A stretch of 64,000 nucleotides of DNA from Anolis carolinensis. Lineage: Eukaryota. Both the position numbers and the translations under genes were made by a program. The notes under the pieces were generated by a model. The model ran no database searches. It was given only the letters and a program-made list of their open reading frames with translations, and was not told the origin of the DNA. Position 1 is the stretch's first letter, and each line of letters opens with the position of its first letter. The stretch covers positions 10,121,923 to 10,185,922 of the forward strand of contig NC_085844.1 of assembly GCF_035594765.1 (NCBI RefSeq), in the 5' to 3' direction. This document shows positions 37,074-51,930 of the stretch, in pieces.

Positions 37074-39715
37074 TATCAAAATATCATTTCTGTATTTCAG
37101 GGTGGTTGTGCTGGATGCCTACGAGTGTGTCTTTTCTGGTAAGTTCTGGTGATATTTTGTGGCTCTTTTCTGAGTCCTGTTATGTGGCCTCCTGCAATGT
37201 ACAAAACATGGCTCTTCCGGTGTGCTTTCGGAGAGTAATTGTATGTACCTCCTGTGTTTCTCTCCCCAACATGTATTCTGTAGACCCTGTTCCCATGGTT
37301 TTATTCTTATCTCTTCTTACCCCGAGTTTTTAACCTTGTGTCCATGCGGCCCGCCCTTGTTATGTTATGCTACGTTCTGCTTTTTTGTTCTGTATTGTGT
37401 AGTGTTATTGTTGCATTGTTTAATTGCATTCTGATATGTTGTTTTTATATTTTGTCTATTGTATTGTCTTGGGCATGGCCCCATGTGAGCCGCCCCGAGT
37501 CCCCGTTGGGGAGATGGTGGCGGGGTATAAATAAAGTTTTATTATTATTATATTACAATCCTTACCACATTTTGACTAGTTTTTAAATATCTATAGTATT
37601 TTTTATTTATAATGCCTGGAACCATTATGCATTCATCTGCCTGTAATTTGCAGACACATAGATAATGAGATAGCTTGAAGCTAGAGCCCAAGTTAAAACA
37701 TGAAACTCATTGATGTTTCATATACACCATGCATACATAGCCTGAACCTAATTTATATGCAATATTTTAAAATTATTTTGTGCATGATATCAGGTTTGTG
37801 TATGCTGAAATATCAGAAAGTCAAGGTATTCTTTTTTCAGTCACCCATGTGGACAATTCTGGATTTTGGAATTCTGGATATGGGATGATCAATTAATATT
37901 TTTTCAGTTTTTTCATTTTTTTTCATATTTTGTTCTTTTGTTAAGCCATTACCGTGCAATCCTGTCTGCGAAAAGGTGGGACAGGGGTGAAGAAAAATAA
38001 AAAGGGGGTGCTGTTATTCCAAGGCCATCACTTTTCCTGAGACCTATTGTTCCAGAAGCCTTGTTTTTGAAAACTGCCTTCATCCTCTACTTTAGATTTC
38101 AAGCATCCAACATACCACCTTATCACAGTCATAGGACACTTCAGCCTCTTTTCAAGCATGGAGAGGCACTGAGCTCATCACAAGAGTTAAACTACTTCTG
38201 GCCATCATGCATGGCCCTTTGTGCCTGAAAAGAGGCAGAAGTGTCCTGAAAGGAAGAAACTCTGGCAATCAACCTTATCACATTGAGAAATTTCCCCTTG
38301 ATAGGACAGTTCCGCCTCTTTTCAAGCAGAGAGAAGCACAGAGCTCATCACATGTTCCAGGGTTGAAAAGAAGCAGAAATGCCCTGAAAGGAGGGAACTT
38401 TGAACACGGGCCAGCAATCGTGTTCAGGGCTTCTGCCTCTTATCACACTTTACTCCCATCTTTACCACTGAAAAACAGGTCGGATGGAAACCACCACAGT
38501 TTCCCCATTCAGTTTCATTGCCCAACCATCAGCATTCTCTTGTATCCTAGGGGTTGAATGTAGAACAATAGGCTCCCATGGAAAGCATTTGTTTTAATCT
38601 GGCTCACTGTCTCTTGTATCCTCTGGGGTTCCATGTAGATCAGTAAGATCCCATGGGAAGATGAGGTTTTAAACTGGTGTTGGTCTCCTTTAATGTAAGG
38701 AGTTTTTGGCAGGGAAAAGGATCTCTTGGTTTTTGGATATTGTTGTGTCTCCTGATTACAAAATGTAATAGTGACCTTGTGATGAATGTATTGTCAGCGC
38801 TTAAGTTTCTACATGAGAGTCTGATGGGGAGGCAGAACTCCAAAGGGGGCAATGCTCTCTCTTAAAGGGATGGTCACTCATGCTATCTCTTCTCAATGTG
38901 ATGAGGTGGCTAATTCTTACTTCTTTCTTCACCAGAACTAACTGCAAGCTCTTACTTAGTTTATTAGAGTACTCAGTTTATTTAGATTATGTATTGGAGG
39001 GGATGTGCAGCTTTATTTGCAAGTTGGCCCAAACACATCTCTTGTAGCCCGCAAGGCTTCTTGCTTTTTATAACATCTATTGTGGTTTTCCACCAGTATT
39101 CCACCATATCAGACCAACACAAATTTATAGAAATGTAAAGTCTAGCTTCCCCAAAAATTTGCTTTTTGGCTGGAATTCAGTTGTAAACATACCTCTAAGT
39201 GTCCCAACATGGCAGAAACAATTCCAGTTAAACATCTGCAATCCCATGTTTTTATTTTCCTTGAAAAAGTCCCATTTTTCTTCTCTCCCACCCACTTTCT
39301 ACCCTTATTCTTAGCTTACTTCAATTTTTTAAATCAGAGTTCCGGATGCAAAAGTAGTTTGCATTCAATTAACTCAGAGGAGAGGAGAGGAGAGGAAAGG
39401 ACAATAAGTTAGCTTCTGCATCCACTTCTGGATTTTGTGTTCTTCCACATTCATAACATTTGGTATTTGAACCATCTGTTTTCATCTGTGAAAGGCTGGT
39501 ACATTGGACACAGAGAAACAAATTGTGTCTTCCCCCTTCACATACCCATTGGCACATCCTTGGCTTTGTTCTACCTCTCGCTTCAACCTCTGTATAGACA
39601 GCTACTATCAAGAATGGCAATGCAGAAAAGCTGATGATGCCCACTTACAGATATGTAGGAAGTGATTGTAGGGTTTCAGTTCAGAGGCTTTGCTTTAATA
39701 CCATAACATACATAC

Positions 39716-39785
39716 CTCTTTTGATAGAATGAATCATTGCCATAGTCTGACACATTATATTCCACTTTAAGATTTTCTGTGATAC
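39716..39785 (-). CDS. Putative upstream exon of gene 4, homologous to the gene 1-3 upstream exon (ITENLKVEYNVSDYGNDSFYQK)
   Basis: CTGTTTTGTGTAG acceptor and AG|GTATGTATG donor mirror gene 1. SDYGN matches gene 3. Ends in phase 2. Confidence 0.7.
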
Positions 39786-42257
39786 CTACACAAAACAGTG
39801 ATAAATCAGTGGCAGAGATTGATATTATTCTGCAGCCCAAATGACAACATTTATTTATTTATTTATTTCATACATTTGTATCCTGTCCTTCTCACCCCCC
39901 CCCCCCCCCGGGGGGGGGGTGTTCAGGACGGTTTCACAACCGGCAGTCATTAGATGCCAAAAACAAACAATTATAAAACAAGTACAATTAAAACAGGTAG
40001 TTAAAACATCAATTATAAAAACATCATTTAAAAATTGCACAAGTCTAGGTCACAGTCCAGGGTCTGACCATTATCAGACACATAAATAATTCTTATTATT
40101 ATTGCTGTGTTTGCTTTTAAAAGCAACCTTTTCAATTTGGAGATATACAGTACATTTTATTTCTAAAAAGTGTCTTTCCTGATGATATACCAAAATTATC
40201 TCTTAATTATCTTTATTCATTAGAGTTGGCACACCAAATAACATGGATAACTGAAGTAATAAATCTAATAGCTGGGACATACACAACTTGCCATCTCCAC
40301 AACATAAAAGCAAAAGTTTCTCCAGTTCATGCATTTATATATTCTTATATTTTGCCAATGTACTGAAATATGAAAGGCACCTACAAAGATTGAAGGGAGG
40401 AAAAGAAGATGCCTTTGCTTTTCCAAGATGCACACCCATATATAAAAATAGGTCTCCAATTAAATTTTGCCTTAGATCCAGATCAATCCACACATGATCT
40501 GACTTGTACCATGAATCTCAATTGAAATTAAACATAGCTGCAATCTTTCTAATTTCACTAGATAGATAGAGTGGTAGATAGAAATTGGAGGCATGATCAA
40601 CCCTTAGGAGAAGCTCAGCTCTCCCGGATTTCAGATGTTTAACAGCAAATATTTTCCCCATCTGTTGCCATTGTAGATTCCATAATGCGATCATTGAATA
40701 TTCTTTATCAGAGGTAACCCAGAAGCAACTAGTTACATGATGATATATCTATCTGTTATTTGTACCTGTGAAGGATAGAATGTCCTCAACCATTATGCAT
40801 TCCGTTGTAAAATGGTTGTTTTATGTTTTCAATGTCTTCTTAACAGAGTGTTGAAATATCACAAGAAACTTGAATGCAGAGTAATACAGATGATCCAAGA
40901 TCAAACACACTGCAGAACAACAACACAGAATGGAAGAGGCATATCAATGCACTGAACTAAGCTGAATTTATTTCATTGCTAAGACTCAGCAGATTATCTA
41001 GACATGATTCAGATCAACATACCTATCCATGTTATTTTCATATTATTGTTCTTTTCAATCTTAATGTGTAAATGTATTTCACATATCAGCTTCCCAGAAA
41101 TATTATTCCAATAACAGATTAATTGCTGCTTTGTTCAAGGCTTTTGCCAGTTGTCATTTTACCTCTGGAGCACATTCAGGTTTTTCCTGAATTTGAGAGC
41201 TTTAGCACATGAACATGCTCTCACACTTCAGTCATGATATCATTGAAAGCAGATGCTCATGGTTCAGCAATTGTGCTTCTACACATCCTCATAACCTTGC
41301 CTTCCTGCACTGCCACTTTTTCTTAATTTTAATGCAATTGTGAAATTACAGAAGTTTTTAAAAAGTTACACACATATACATATACATATATACACATGCA
41401 CCCCCCCCCCATATTCATTCGATGCTAGTGCGCCATCCAATGTAATGTACACCACAATTTTCAAAACCCTGAAACCAAAAAAAAAGTCTGTTGATAAATA
41501 TAATGCACAGTGGCAAAATGTGCACTCTTTGTAATTTGTTCTAAAAAGATGTACATTGTGCATCACAGTGCTGTGTGCTTAGAATTCTTTTTTAAAAAAA
41601 CAAAAAGTGCTGGAACACCAAAGCTTCCAGCAAGGGAAAGGAAAGCCAGAGAGACCCTTCCCTCAAGGAGCTTCTCCTGTTTGTTAGACATGTGAGCAGA
41701 ACCATTTCCATTTGTTTCATCTGTTCTTCAGTTTCTTCTGTTACCTTCAGAAGCATGGAATGGGAAGCCCCCTCGGCATTTGTGACTACATGATGCTCCT
41801 AGTTCAACTGAGCTCCACGCCATCAACTCTTTCTTCCCTGAGACTCCTTGAAATGTGCAGACAAGGAGTTCCCCCCTCCCTTCCTCCCTCTCGCAGTCTC
41901 TCTCTTGGGGAGACAGACCAGGTGCTGCAGAAGTCTGGATAAGGACAAACAATCCCAGAAAGGGGGGTATCTTTAACCCTCCCAGGTCCAGCCTCCTCCT
42001 CCTTCACCACCAACATGGAATAGCAGCAGCAACAACCAAGCTTCCAGCTTGCATCAGCAGAAGGAGTGGGGATCAAGGCTAGGCACTGCATGCAACCAAG
42101 GGCCAAGGAGCTCCTCCCTCCCTCCCTCCCTCAGCCTCTCTCTCACCTGGCACCTCAGGAGCCTCAAAGCCAAGCCTCATCTGCCTGTCTTCTAGAGTAG
42201 AACAGCTTTAAGAAGCATTAAACCCAGTCTCCTCCTCTACAAAGGGAAAAGAACCAG

Positions 42258-42312
42258 AAAGAGTGGTAACTCTGATGCTTTTTAAAAGAAAGAGTGGTAA
42301 CTCTGATGCTTT
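42258..42312. repeat. Short direct duplication
   Basis: AAAGAGTGGTAACTCTGATGCTTT twice, ~31 bp apart. Confidence 0.85.
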
Positions 42313-44667
42313 GTTTTCTTACATGGAATGAAAATGTCCATTCGGAAATGCTCTCACTTTTGGGAGGCAAGTAGAATGGGAACAGGGGGCTTCTGGTTCA
42401 AACAAGCAGAAATAAATAGTGATTCTACACAAATGTACAGCCCTACTGTTTGTCTCATCTCAACTTCCTTGGTTGAATCTATGCTGTAGAATGAATGCAG
42501 CTTGATATGACTTTCACTGCCCTGTCTCAACATTATGAAAGCCTAGGGTCTGTACTTTGAAAAGGTCTTGAGTTTTCTCAGCCAAAGAGTGCTACTGCTT
42601 TGTCAAACTATAATTCCCAGGATTCTATAGCTCTTCCAAAAAGGTTAGACTTATATAGACTTGGAAGAGTAGCATTTAAGAAGGACTATCCTATTGTCCT
42701 TTAAAACCCCTCACATTCTCTAATCCACGTCCATTGGCAAAGCAACCCCTAGCTGGTTATGATATTTAGACTAGCTCACCTGCTGCATTGTGGAATTAAT
42801 CATCATTTGCGATTCTTTATCAAGAATTCTCAAAGTCAGAATTGAACATTTCACTTGTTTTTACCAGCTAAAATGAATGACAGAATTGCAAAAGCATTTG
42901 TGCAGGCTCAGAGTTTGCAAAAGCTACCTTTTTTAACACCCAAGTTTAGCATTGGTCACAAAAACTGGAAGATTTGAAGGATTGTATCCCAAAAAGCAAA
43001 CAAACAGTGCTGGGGGAATTGTATCCCAAAAAGCAAGCAAAATAAATAAAAAACACCACTGTCCACTCTGTGGCCAATGTCAGACCTACCTGGTGATAAT
43101 GTATGATGTGATTCAACAGTTCAAGGAAAAGAGTCCACCCTGCTGCATGTAGTTTCATTGAGATTCTAACATGACTAGTCTTAGAAGACACTGCAGCATT
43201 TACCCAGTAATAAATCTATCAGTGTTTGCAGAAAGAAAGGAAAAAGAGGATCTTGAGGTTTTCATCTGAAGTCAAACTAAAGATGCTGTCATGCCCTCCA
43301 CAGGATGTTATAGAGGAACTTTGAGCCAGCTGGTATAATTCTGAAGAACTGTTAAGTTCAACAACAGCCATTTCCCATATCTGTCTTCTATTCTATGAAA
43401 CCATTTCAGGAGTCTGAACAGTGTCACAGAGCCCATCTAAATAGGACCAAGTGAGCCAGAACAGGGGTGAATGGGCATCTAAATGATGTGCAGGGTCAAT
43501 TTGCCCATGGTTGTTTAATGGGGCCTTCTCCTGCATTAAACAAAACCAAGAGATGTCCTAGAGTTTTCCTTGGACAATTCTGATTCAGATCCAGCTGCAG
43601 GCACCTCAGGGACAGAGAGTGGCACCTACCATTTCTGTTGTGCCCTTGGCTTAGCAGTCACCACCAGGACCAGGTGATTGTCATTCGTCACATGTTCTAA
43701 CATTGGCCCCAGAATGATTGGAGAAGGAAGGGGGAAAGGCAGGGGAAAGGAGGGGAAAATTATTTCTTCTTGCTTTCCTTTTTCTTTGTTGCTCTGGTGC
43801 TCTGGACAGTGTCAGAACATGTGAGGAGAGAGAACCACCACACAGCAAAGGATATAATGGGGATGGTAAGGGTGACCATTCAAGTGATGCCTAGCCAGGT
43901 TCAGCACCACTGGCCCATGAGGGCTCCTTCCTGCCACCAGGCCTGCTTGGTGCCATGTAGAGTGGAAATCCACCAGTCACCAAACCAGCTCAGTGGCTGG
44001 CTGTGCGGATTCCCTCTGGCACTGATCCAGAGTACCCAATTGTGCCTGATTGCCAGTGTATGTGGCCCTTAGCAGACAATGGAATTCTAGGTCTAAATGT
44101 TTATTATTTAAGATGTTTATGATCAATCATTTCTGGGAGTTGCCTTGGTTTCCACTGTGGGAAATGCCAAAAACCAGCGCTGGCATACAGATTTAGTACA
44201 GAAAGTAAGGTAAGAGACAGGAATATTGCCAAATCATTTAACTCTTAGAAATCCTACTCATGGTTTCATTTTGACCCATCTCATCCTATTTCTCTCATCT
44301 TTATTCTTCATCTCTCTTGCAATCTTTTTTCTTCTCTCTGTATGCCTGTTTGTTTTGCTTTCTCCTCTTCCAGGTGTCTTGAGTCATGTGATTCTTCCCT
44401 TCTATTCTCTCTTTTTTTCCCACAGATCTCTCTTGATCCATTTTTGTTGTTCCTCTTTCCATTCACTTCATTGAAACAGGAGTCCTTCCTCCTCCACCAT
44501 CTATAAATTGAGATATTGATGCCATCTTGCTGAAATTCACTCTTGTTTCCCATCTGATCACCCAAACTTCCAACTTATGAGAAATGATTTTGTCCAAATG
44601 GGAAACATTAACATTAATATTCACCTTAAGTATAATTTATGTGTTGGAATTTCTAGGTATTTACCTT

Positions 44668-44790
44668 CTTTGCCTAGTTTATCCATGCCTCACAACCTCT
44701 GAGGATGCCTGCCATAGATGTGGGCGAAACGTCAGGAGAGAATACTTCTGGAACATGGCCACACAGCCCGAAAGACATACAACAACACAA
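44668..44790 (+). mobile_element. Penelope-like fragment with hammerhead motif at 44696-44736
   Basis: Core identical to 18724-18764. Confidence 0.8.
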
Positions 44791-45959
44791 TTTCTAGATC
44801 TTTTGTAATGGAAAAATGAGTCTTTGTTGTCTTTTTGTCTATTTTATTAGTGTACACCAAAGACTATTACACAATAAATAAATTCTTTCTGGAGAGCAAA
44901 ATTGAATATAAACTTTTGATTGACTAAGCACATGACTTCAAATCTACTGTAGAGGGACTTACACATTTTCGACAGTTGTTGTGGGCACTGACATAACTCT
45001 TACAGTGCATTTCAATACATTTGCAATATTGGGTAGCATTTCCAACATATTCAGCTTTGTGAGAGCCAGGGTGGTATTGTGATTTAAATGCTGAACAATG
45101 ACTCTGAAAACCAGGGTTTGATTCCCCACTTGACCATGAAAAGCCACCCCGTGACACTGCACATTCTCAAACTCAGAACATCTTACTTCAGTATTGCTAT
45201 GTCAGAAATGACTTGAAAACAAATAACATCATTTTATCTTTGCAATACTCTTCAAATATTTTGCATTACTACAACATTGCTATCATTAAACAGAGAGTGC
45301 TGATGATCTGTTTGATTGGCATTTTGTAGAATGATATCTATAGCATACTAAATCATTCTGGGATTCTGCATACAACAGCCATTTTCTACTTTGCCTTGAT
45401 TGTGCTGGGCAACATGTTGCAATTTTGGTCTTATTATAGAGCTTGCAACTATGTTGTTTACAACACTCAGACCATATCTAATGGGCCAGACAAAGCAGAT
45501 TCATATTGAACTGCTGCAAAGCATCCATAAGACCTATGATTGGTTTTATAGCTTTCTGCCATTAAAGTCCAGAACAAGGGAAACCAGAATTTACTATGAA
45601 TTTTCAAAATGTCCCAGAGAGTGTTTTTGAGTTGAGGACAGTGATGCTGGGCTGGATCCAGCCTGATGCAGCATCCAGATATCAAATGGACCCACTACTG
45701 TGTAACCCTTCAGGGGCAGCTCCCCAGCAGAGCTTACCGGTGACATCACATCTGCTGGTCACATGTCTCGATGACCTTTTGTGATCTCATCAAAACAATG
45801 ACACCATCAGGGTTTTGCCAGAAACTTGATGTAATAATAATAATGATGGTACTAGTGGTCCTAGAGTGCTCTTAATCCTACTAACTGTCTGGACACCAAA
45901 AGGGCTCTGGAGAAGCTCCCATGCTGCATTGTGGCAGCTCTGAAGCTCAGTACTCTGTA

Positions 45960-46290
45960 AAGTAAAGGTAAAGGTTTCCCCTGATGTTAAGTACAGTCAT
46001 GTCTGACTCTGAGGGTTGGTGCTCATCTTCATTTCTAAGCCAAAGAGCCAGCGTTGTCCAAAGACACCTACAAGGTCATGTGGCCGGCATGACTGCATGG
46101 AGTGCTGTTACTTTTCCACCAGAGTGGTACCTAATGATCTACTCACATTGGCATGTTTTCGAACTGCTAGGTTGGCAGAAGCTGGAGCTAATAGCAGGCT
46201 CTCACTCCGCTCCTGGGATTTGAACCTGGGACCTTTCGGTCTGCAAATTCAGCAGCTCAGTGCTTTAACACACTTCGCCACCGGGGTTCC
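45960..46290 (-). mobile_element. Sauria SINE, full length
   Basis: TSD TCAGTACTCTGTA on both sides. Confidence 0.92.
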
Positions 46291-47947
46291 TCAGTACTCT
46301 GTACTAGGGAATAAATTTGAAATGAAGATAGATTTTAAAAAACAGCTTAAAACAGGATTGGACTATTCATATAAAGACGAAAAAACTTTGTGGGATTGTT
46401 CTGAGCTATCATTGCGATTCTATGGCTGTTTTTGTTAAGTTGTGAATGTGTTCACATTTTGAGTAGTAGGAATATAAAGAGTACACTATGTATTTCTCAG
46501 CCTTTATGGAAAAGGGGTGAATCATTCTACTGTAAATTGGACTCATTCCACTGAAAAACTGTGATTTCCCTTACGTCAATTTTTGCAGAAATATGTGCAA
46601 AACAAAATAGCTGACGATAGTTTTTTTTCTAATAATGGGAGAGGGGATAGGCATCCTCTCTCATGACTTTTCCCTGCTAAAATGTTTTGCAACTCATTCT
46701 GATAGATAAGACTATAAGAAGGAGAGTTGTTTTGATAACTCAAAACTATCCCACAAAGTTTCCTAGTCTTTATATTATTTCTGTATATGTATAATAAGGT
46801 AGGCTGGGACAAGGTATACTTTTAGAGTCTCATTGACTCTTAAAATACATTGCTTCTCCAGCCTACCAGAAGATATCTGTATCAGATTCTTAGGAAGATA
46901 TAAAATAACCTCCTCTTATTAACAGCAAAGAGCACATGACTTATATTGGACTTTTTTGGCCAGTTTATCTGAATACAGTAATAGCTATCTGAAATCTGTA
47001 ATAGTTCATTGCTTTTTTACTGGGTTTTCAGGTTGCAATAATGTGAGAAGGTACTTAGCAGCTACATGTCTGCTTCCTTTCTAATAAATGTTACTTGGGA
47101 ATTTTTTTCTACGTTTAATATATAAGCTTTGGAGATCTTGCCCACATCATTTTACTTTCTGATGCAAATACCTGAATCCTGTGGTTGAACCCAATAGAAT
47201 GAAATGGATATATTTTTGTGTTGTTCCACTTTTTAAGAACTGATTCAGTGGGCCCTTGCTGTCATTAGGATTAAAGCCGGGGATAAATGAAAAAAAATGT
47301 TTCAATTCATTGTTGATCAGGATTCATATCTCACAAATATCCATGGCAGGAGAAAGGACCCACACAGGAGAGAAAGGTAAACTGCCTATCCATAGTTAAA
47401 CATAATGATCTTATCAAGACCAAAAAAAATATATGGCTGAACCTAATTCAATATTATAATGGTTGAATGCAATGGTGTAATGATCTGAGTTTCTTTGAAA
47501 CTCAAGACACAACACTTTGAAACTTGATATATCAATTTGACAGTTCCAGTTTCTCCTATATTCATATTTTGGAAAACATTTCTTACCCATCACCCAAATA
47601 TGAAAATATTTGCATAATTTATTAATTATTTACTGAAAAAATAAACAGGGATGATTTTTTTTCCATCATTGTCTCCTCCTGCTTCCACGGAAAGAAAATA
47701 TCTCTGTTTCTGAAATGAATGCTTCAATGCTTTGAAGAAGTCACCTCTAACTGACCAGTTCAAGACACCTTGATGAAAATCATAAAAGGATAGCCATTTA
47801 TTTTTATTTATTTTTTTAAAAAACATATTCTTCACTTTATTTCCTGGAAAGACTTACAGAAATCACTATTAATACAATTTATGTCAGCATTAGGCCATAG
47901 TGTGCAAGGCGTTCAATAAACAAAATGTGAGGGGAGTGATTCAAATA

Positions 47948-48252
47948 TAGTAGAGTCTCACTTATCCAACGTTCTGGATTATCCAACACATTTTTGTAGT
48001 CAATGTTTTCAATGCATTGTGATATTTTGGTGCTAAATTCATAAATACAGTAATTACTACATAGCATTATTGCGTAATGAACTACTTTTTCTGTCAAATT
48101 TGTTGTATAACATGATGTTTTGGTGCTTAATTTGTAAAATCATAACCTATTTTGATATTTAATAGACTTTTTCGTAATCTCTCATTATCCAACATATTTG
48201 CTTATCCAACATTCTGCCGGCCCATTTATGTTGGATAAGTGAGACTCTACTG
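47948..48252. mobile_element. Tc1/mariner-type MITE
   Basis: Same TIR family as 36751; TA flanks. Confidence 0.92.
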
Positions 48253-48649
48253 TAAATGCAAATATGCTGGATGTGACTTTATTCCTCTTTTCTCCTGCTG
48301 GTTAGTTCCTTTTGTCCTGGTTTGTTTTTCTTTTCCCCCCTCTCATTATTCTACTTCATGTCTTTCCTGTTCATTAATTTGATGCTAACCTGATTCTTCA
48401 CTCACGTTCATGGAGGTCAAACGGCTCACAAAAGGTTCATTTGATGTCCATTGGAAAAGGGAGTGCAGCTAGTGTCTTCCATATCTGTTCTGCTCCTGAA
48501 TCTGAAATTAAGACCCATTCTACACTGCCATATACATTCCAGATTATCTGCTTTGAACTGGATTATATGGCAGCGTAGAAAGGGCCTTAGTGGATCAAAA
48601 TACAGTGCTGAGCCCAATCCACAAAATATACTATAATAAATAATATAAT

Positions 48650-49265
48650 AAAATATTATTTCTAACCCACCCTATCTCCCCAGTACTTCCAAGTACAAAA
48701 GCAAACATTCAATGCCATATGCAATAAAAACAAAGGCAGATATTCAATGCCATATGCAATCATAAAAACACAGCACAATAAAATAACAAATCACAGTTTA
48801 AAAGCATGTATAAAATAGACTATATGAGGAGGACACTAATAGCCATAAGTACAATTTAAGCATATAATTTAGAAATATAAATGTAAAAGTAGCTCTACAG
48901 TGTGTTATCCCTTGACAGGACATTGATCGGCAAAGTGGAGGATTTCATTACTCATCAATCTCTCCATAAGCTATGGAGCATAGATGAGTTCTTAGGTATT
49001 TTTTGAAGGAGGGGAGAGGGGGCTGTTTTAATGGTGAGGACGTTCCAGAGAGACGGAGCGACCACGGAGAAGACCTTCTCTCTCGTGTACACCAGCTGCA
49101 CATGGGACGGGGTGGGACCAAGAAGAGAGCCCCTTCTGATGATCGCAATGGCCGGAGGGGATATGGGTTCTCAAATAATCTGGGCCCGAACCATTAAGGG
49201 CTTTATAGATGATAACCAGCACTTTGTATTTAGCCTGGAAGCAGACCGGCAGCCAGTGGAGTTGG
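48650..49265 (-). mobile_element. L2 LINE 3' fragment
   Basis: LHWLPVCFQAKYKVLVIIYKALNGSGPDYL peptide. Confidence 0.88.
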
Positions 49266-49294
49266 GTTGAATTACACACAATCAATGTGAGTAC

Positions 49295-49329
<35 letters not shown>

Positions 49330-51930
49330 GTCCGTCTATCCATATATACCATCCCCTTCTCTGTGTAGGAAGGCGAAGGCAAAAGTTTATTCAGTCCTGG
49401 GAGAACCTTAAAGAAACACAGACCTTTTCTATTCTCTCTGCTGGGGCATCACTTCTGGTCTTATTTAACACCTTGGTGGAGAAATGGGGGCTGGCAGCCA
49501 GGGGTGGCCGGTCCCCTGATGAGGGATGGGTGCTTTCCCCTCTCTGCAGAATGACCTTCAATTTATCCATAGGTCATTACAAAATCCATAATTGTGATCC
49601 CCAAATCTGCCCTTGGCATATATCTAGAAGGTCAACTTATACATGTGTCTATACGGCTCTGGAAAATGCTCCCCAGGCAAGCTGCCACCTTGGAAGTGTT
49701 CAGGAAGAAACTGAAAACCTGGCTCTTCACACAGGCTTTTGAACAAGTACCGCCCACTGTACGTTAAACACTTATACTAGAGGTTACTTCTGACCAGTTG
49801 TACCTGTTGGTTAACTCTTCGACATAGCCACAGGGTTCACCCCAGTTTAAGGTTCTCCCCATGATTTTATAGCTATGTCTTTGAATTATAGTACTTTCTA
49901 TGCTTTTTATCAAAACCTTTCTGGGCATACTGAATCACTGAGGATCTTTTCCCATAATGTGGTGCGTACAAAGTACAAAGACTCTATGTTTACATCTTTT
50001 TGAATGTATGTGGTGCTAACATGCACAACTCTGCTGCAACCTTTGTCTGGTCAAAAAACCCAGTGTTGAGACTTAATGAATCATATCCATAATTATTTTA
50101 GCATCCCGTTTCGTATTATTATATGAATGACGTTTCAAAAGTTTATACAGAGTCTTTCTTGTCTACTAATTTATACATTCTTAAGGAAATAAATCCACTG
50201 CTAACTATCTGCATGCAAAAAGATATGCACTCCTCCCACTATGATATACCACCTCCACCAGCATGCAAGTCGTTCCTAAGATAAAGCCTACCTTGTGAGG
50301 AGTTACGGATCAGCAATCTTCAGAGATAGTGACTGGGAAACTACAAACTATATAGCATTTCTGTGACGGAATAAATAGGTAAAAGGAAGTTTTGCAGAAA
50401 TGGCAATGTGGTTGAGTAAAATTTAGATGTGCCATGAAAATTTCTGCAAGATGATAGGATCCCACCCCATCTTCAGCTGTGTTTAACTGGCTTGTTAACG
50501 GCTTATCACAAAGGGAACATGTTGCCCATTTGTTATCAAGATAGTTATTTTACTGAAAACATCTACCACTGAAGGAAGACACTTCAATCCAATGGAAGGA
50601 GAGGGAAGGGCAGTCGATAAGTACTGCATACAGCTATAACAATTTGTTGTTAAAGCTATCAGGACAACTACAACTTATGATAATCCTGTCTTGGGGTTTT
50701 CATGGCAATATTTATTCAGAAGGGGGTTTTCTATGGATCCTTCTACACATGCCCTAAAATGTAGAAGAAAGTGGAATAAAAGGGATAGCTAAATAACGTT
50801 TCACAAAAAATGTGTGCTAATTCAGATTAACAGCTGAAAAACACATGTTAAAAAGGTGCACTTAAAACCCGATTTTGGCTGAAAAATCCCTGCAATCAAG
50901 GAGAACATGTGATTTCATTTGTATACCCTGGTGTGGACTACTCCAGCACATGTGCATGTTTTAAAATCCCAATGAGGGCTGTAAACAAATGGAGCCATGG
51001 ACATACAGGTGGTTAAATTGAATTCTTCAGTTTGATGACTTTTTTTGAATAAAATCTGGAGGGAAGCTTGATAAATCAGTTTTCTTAAGCAAACTGTTCA
51101 CATCAATCTTCTCCTGTTGCTTTATTAACTGTGTTTACAGAGATTAATTTGAAGGCATATTTAATTTATCATATCTACACATATTAGTGCTCAAGACAGT
51201 AAACAGTGAAAATATACAAATATACACAAGATATGAGTATATATAATAAAAAGCTCATTACAGCATTACCGTTAAAATAGCAAACCATGCATTAAAAACA
51301 CAAGAGATAAATATGAAAAAGTAATTATACACAAATAAAAAGGCAATAGAAGTGCGCCCACCAAATAAAACACCCAGATCAGCTTCAAATACATTAGATG
51401 CTGAAAATCTGTCTGGACAGAAAATGTATTTGCTGGGTAGTGAAATGTTATTCTTTCTGCATATTTTATAAAAACATGATATTGTCATGCATATCTCTTT
51501 CTCTTTTCAAGCTCAGGAAACATCTACACATGTTTGGGCAAGATACTGTTGATGAATCATAATCTCCTGGCACTTAACTGCTGAGAGCGGATATCTAAAG
51601 CTCACAAGACTTACTAGGGCTGCTAGACTTGGGATGATGGGATATGTCATCTAAAACATTTCATAGACACAACAGTAACTACATGGCTTTTTAAAGATAT
51701 GAGATGCTTCTTGATACAGGAAGTTAAGCCACACACTATGTTCAACCAGTGGGTTTACAATATGCAGTCCCAAGCTGAATACCAATGTATATGGATCAAT
51801 GATTAATGTTTTAGCTGACAACCAATTGTTCATTTGCAATGTTCAAAGCCTGTGCCCATTCAGAAGCTGCCATGTGCATTGTAATGTACTACCACCTGCA
51901 TGAAGGTCAAACATTCACCTTTTTGAACAA

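Noticed and set aside
40200-41340. Possible decayed pogo/Tigger transposase on the - strand
   Set aside because: Only faint peptide resemblance; no TIRs established
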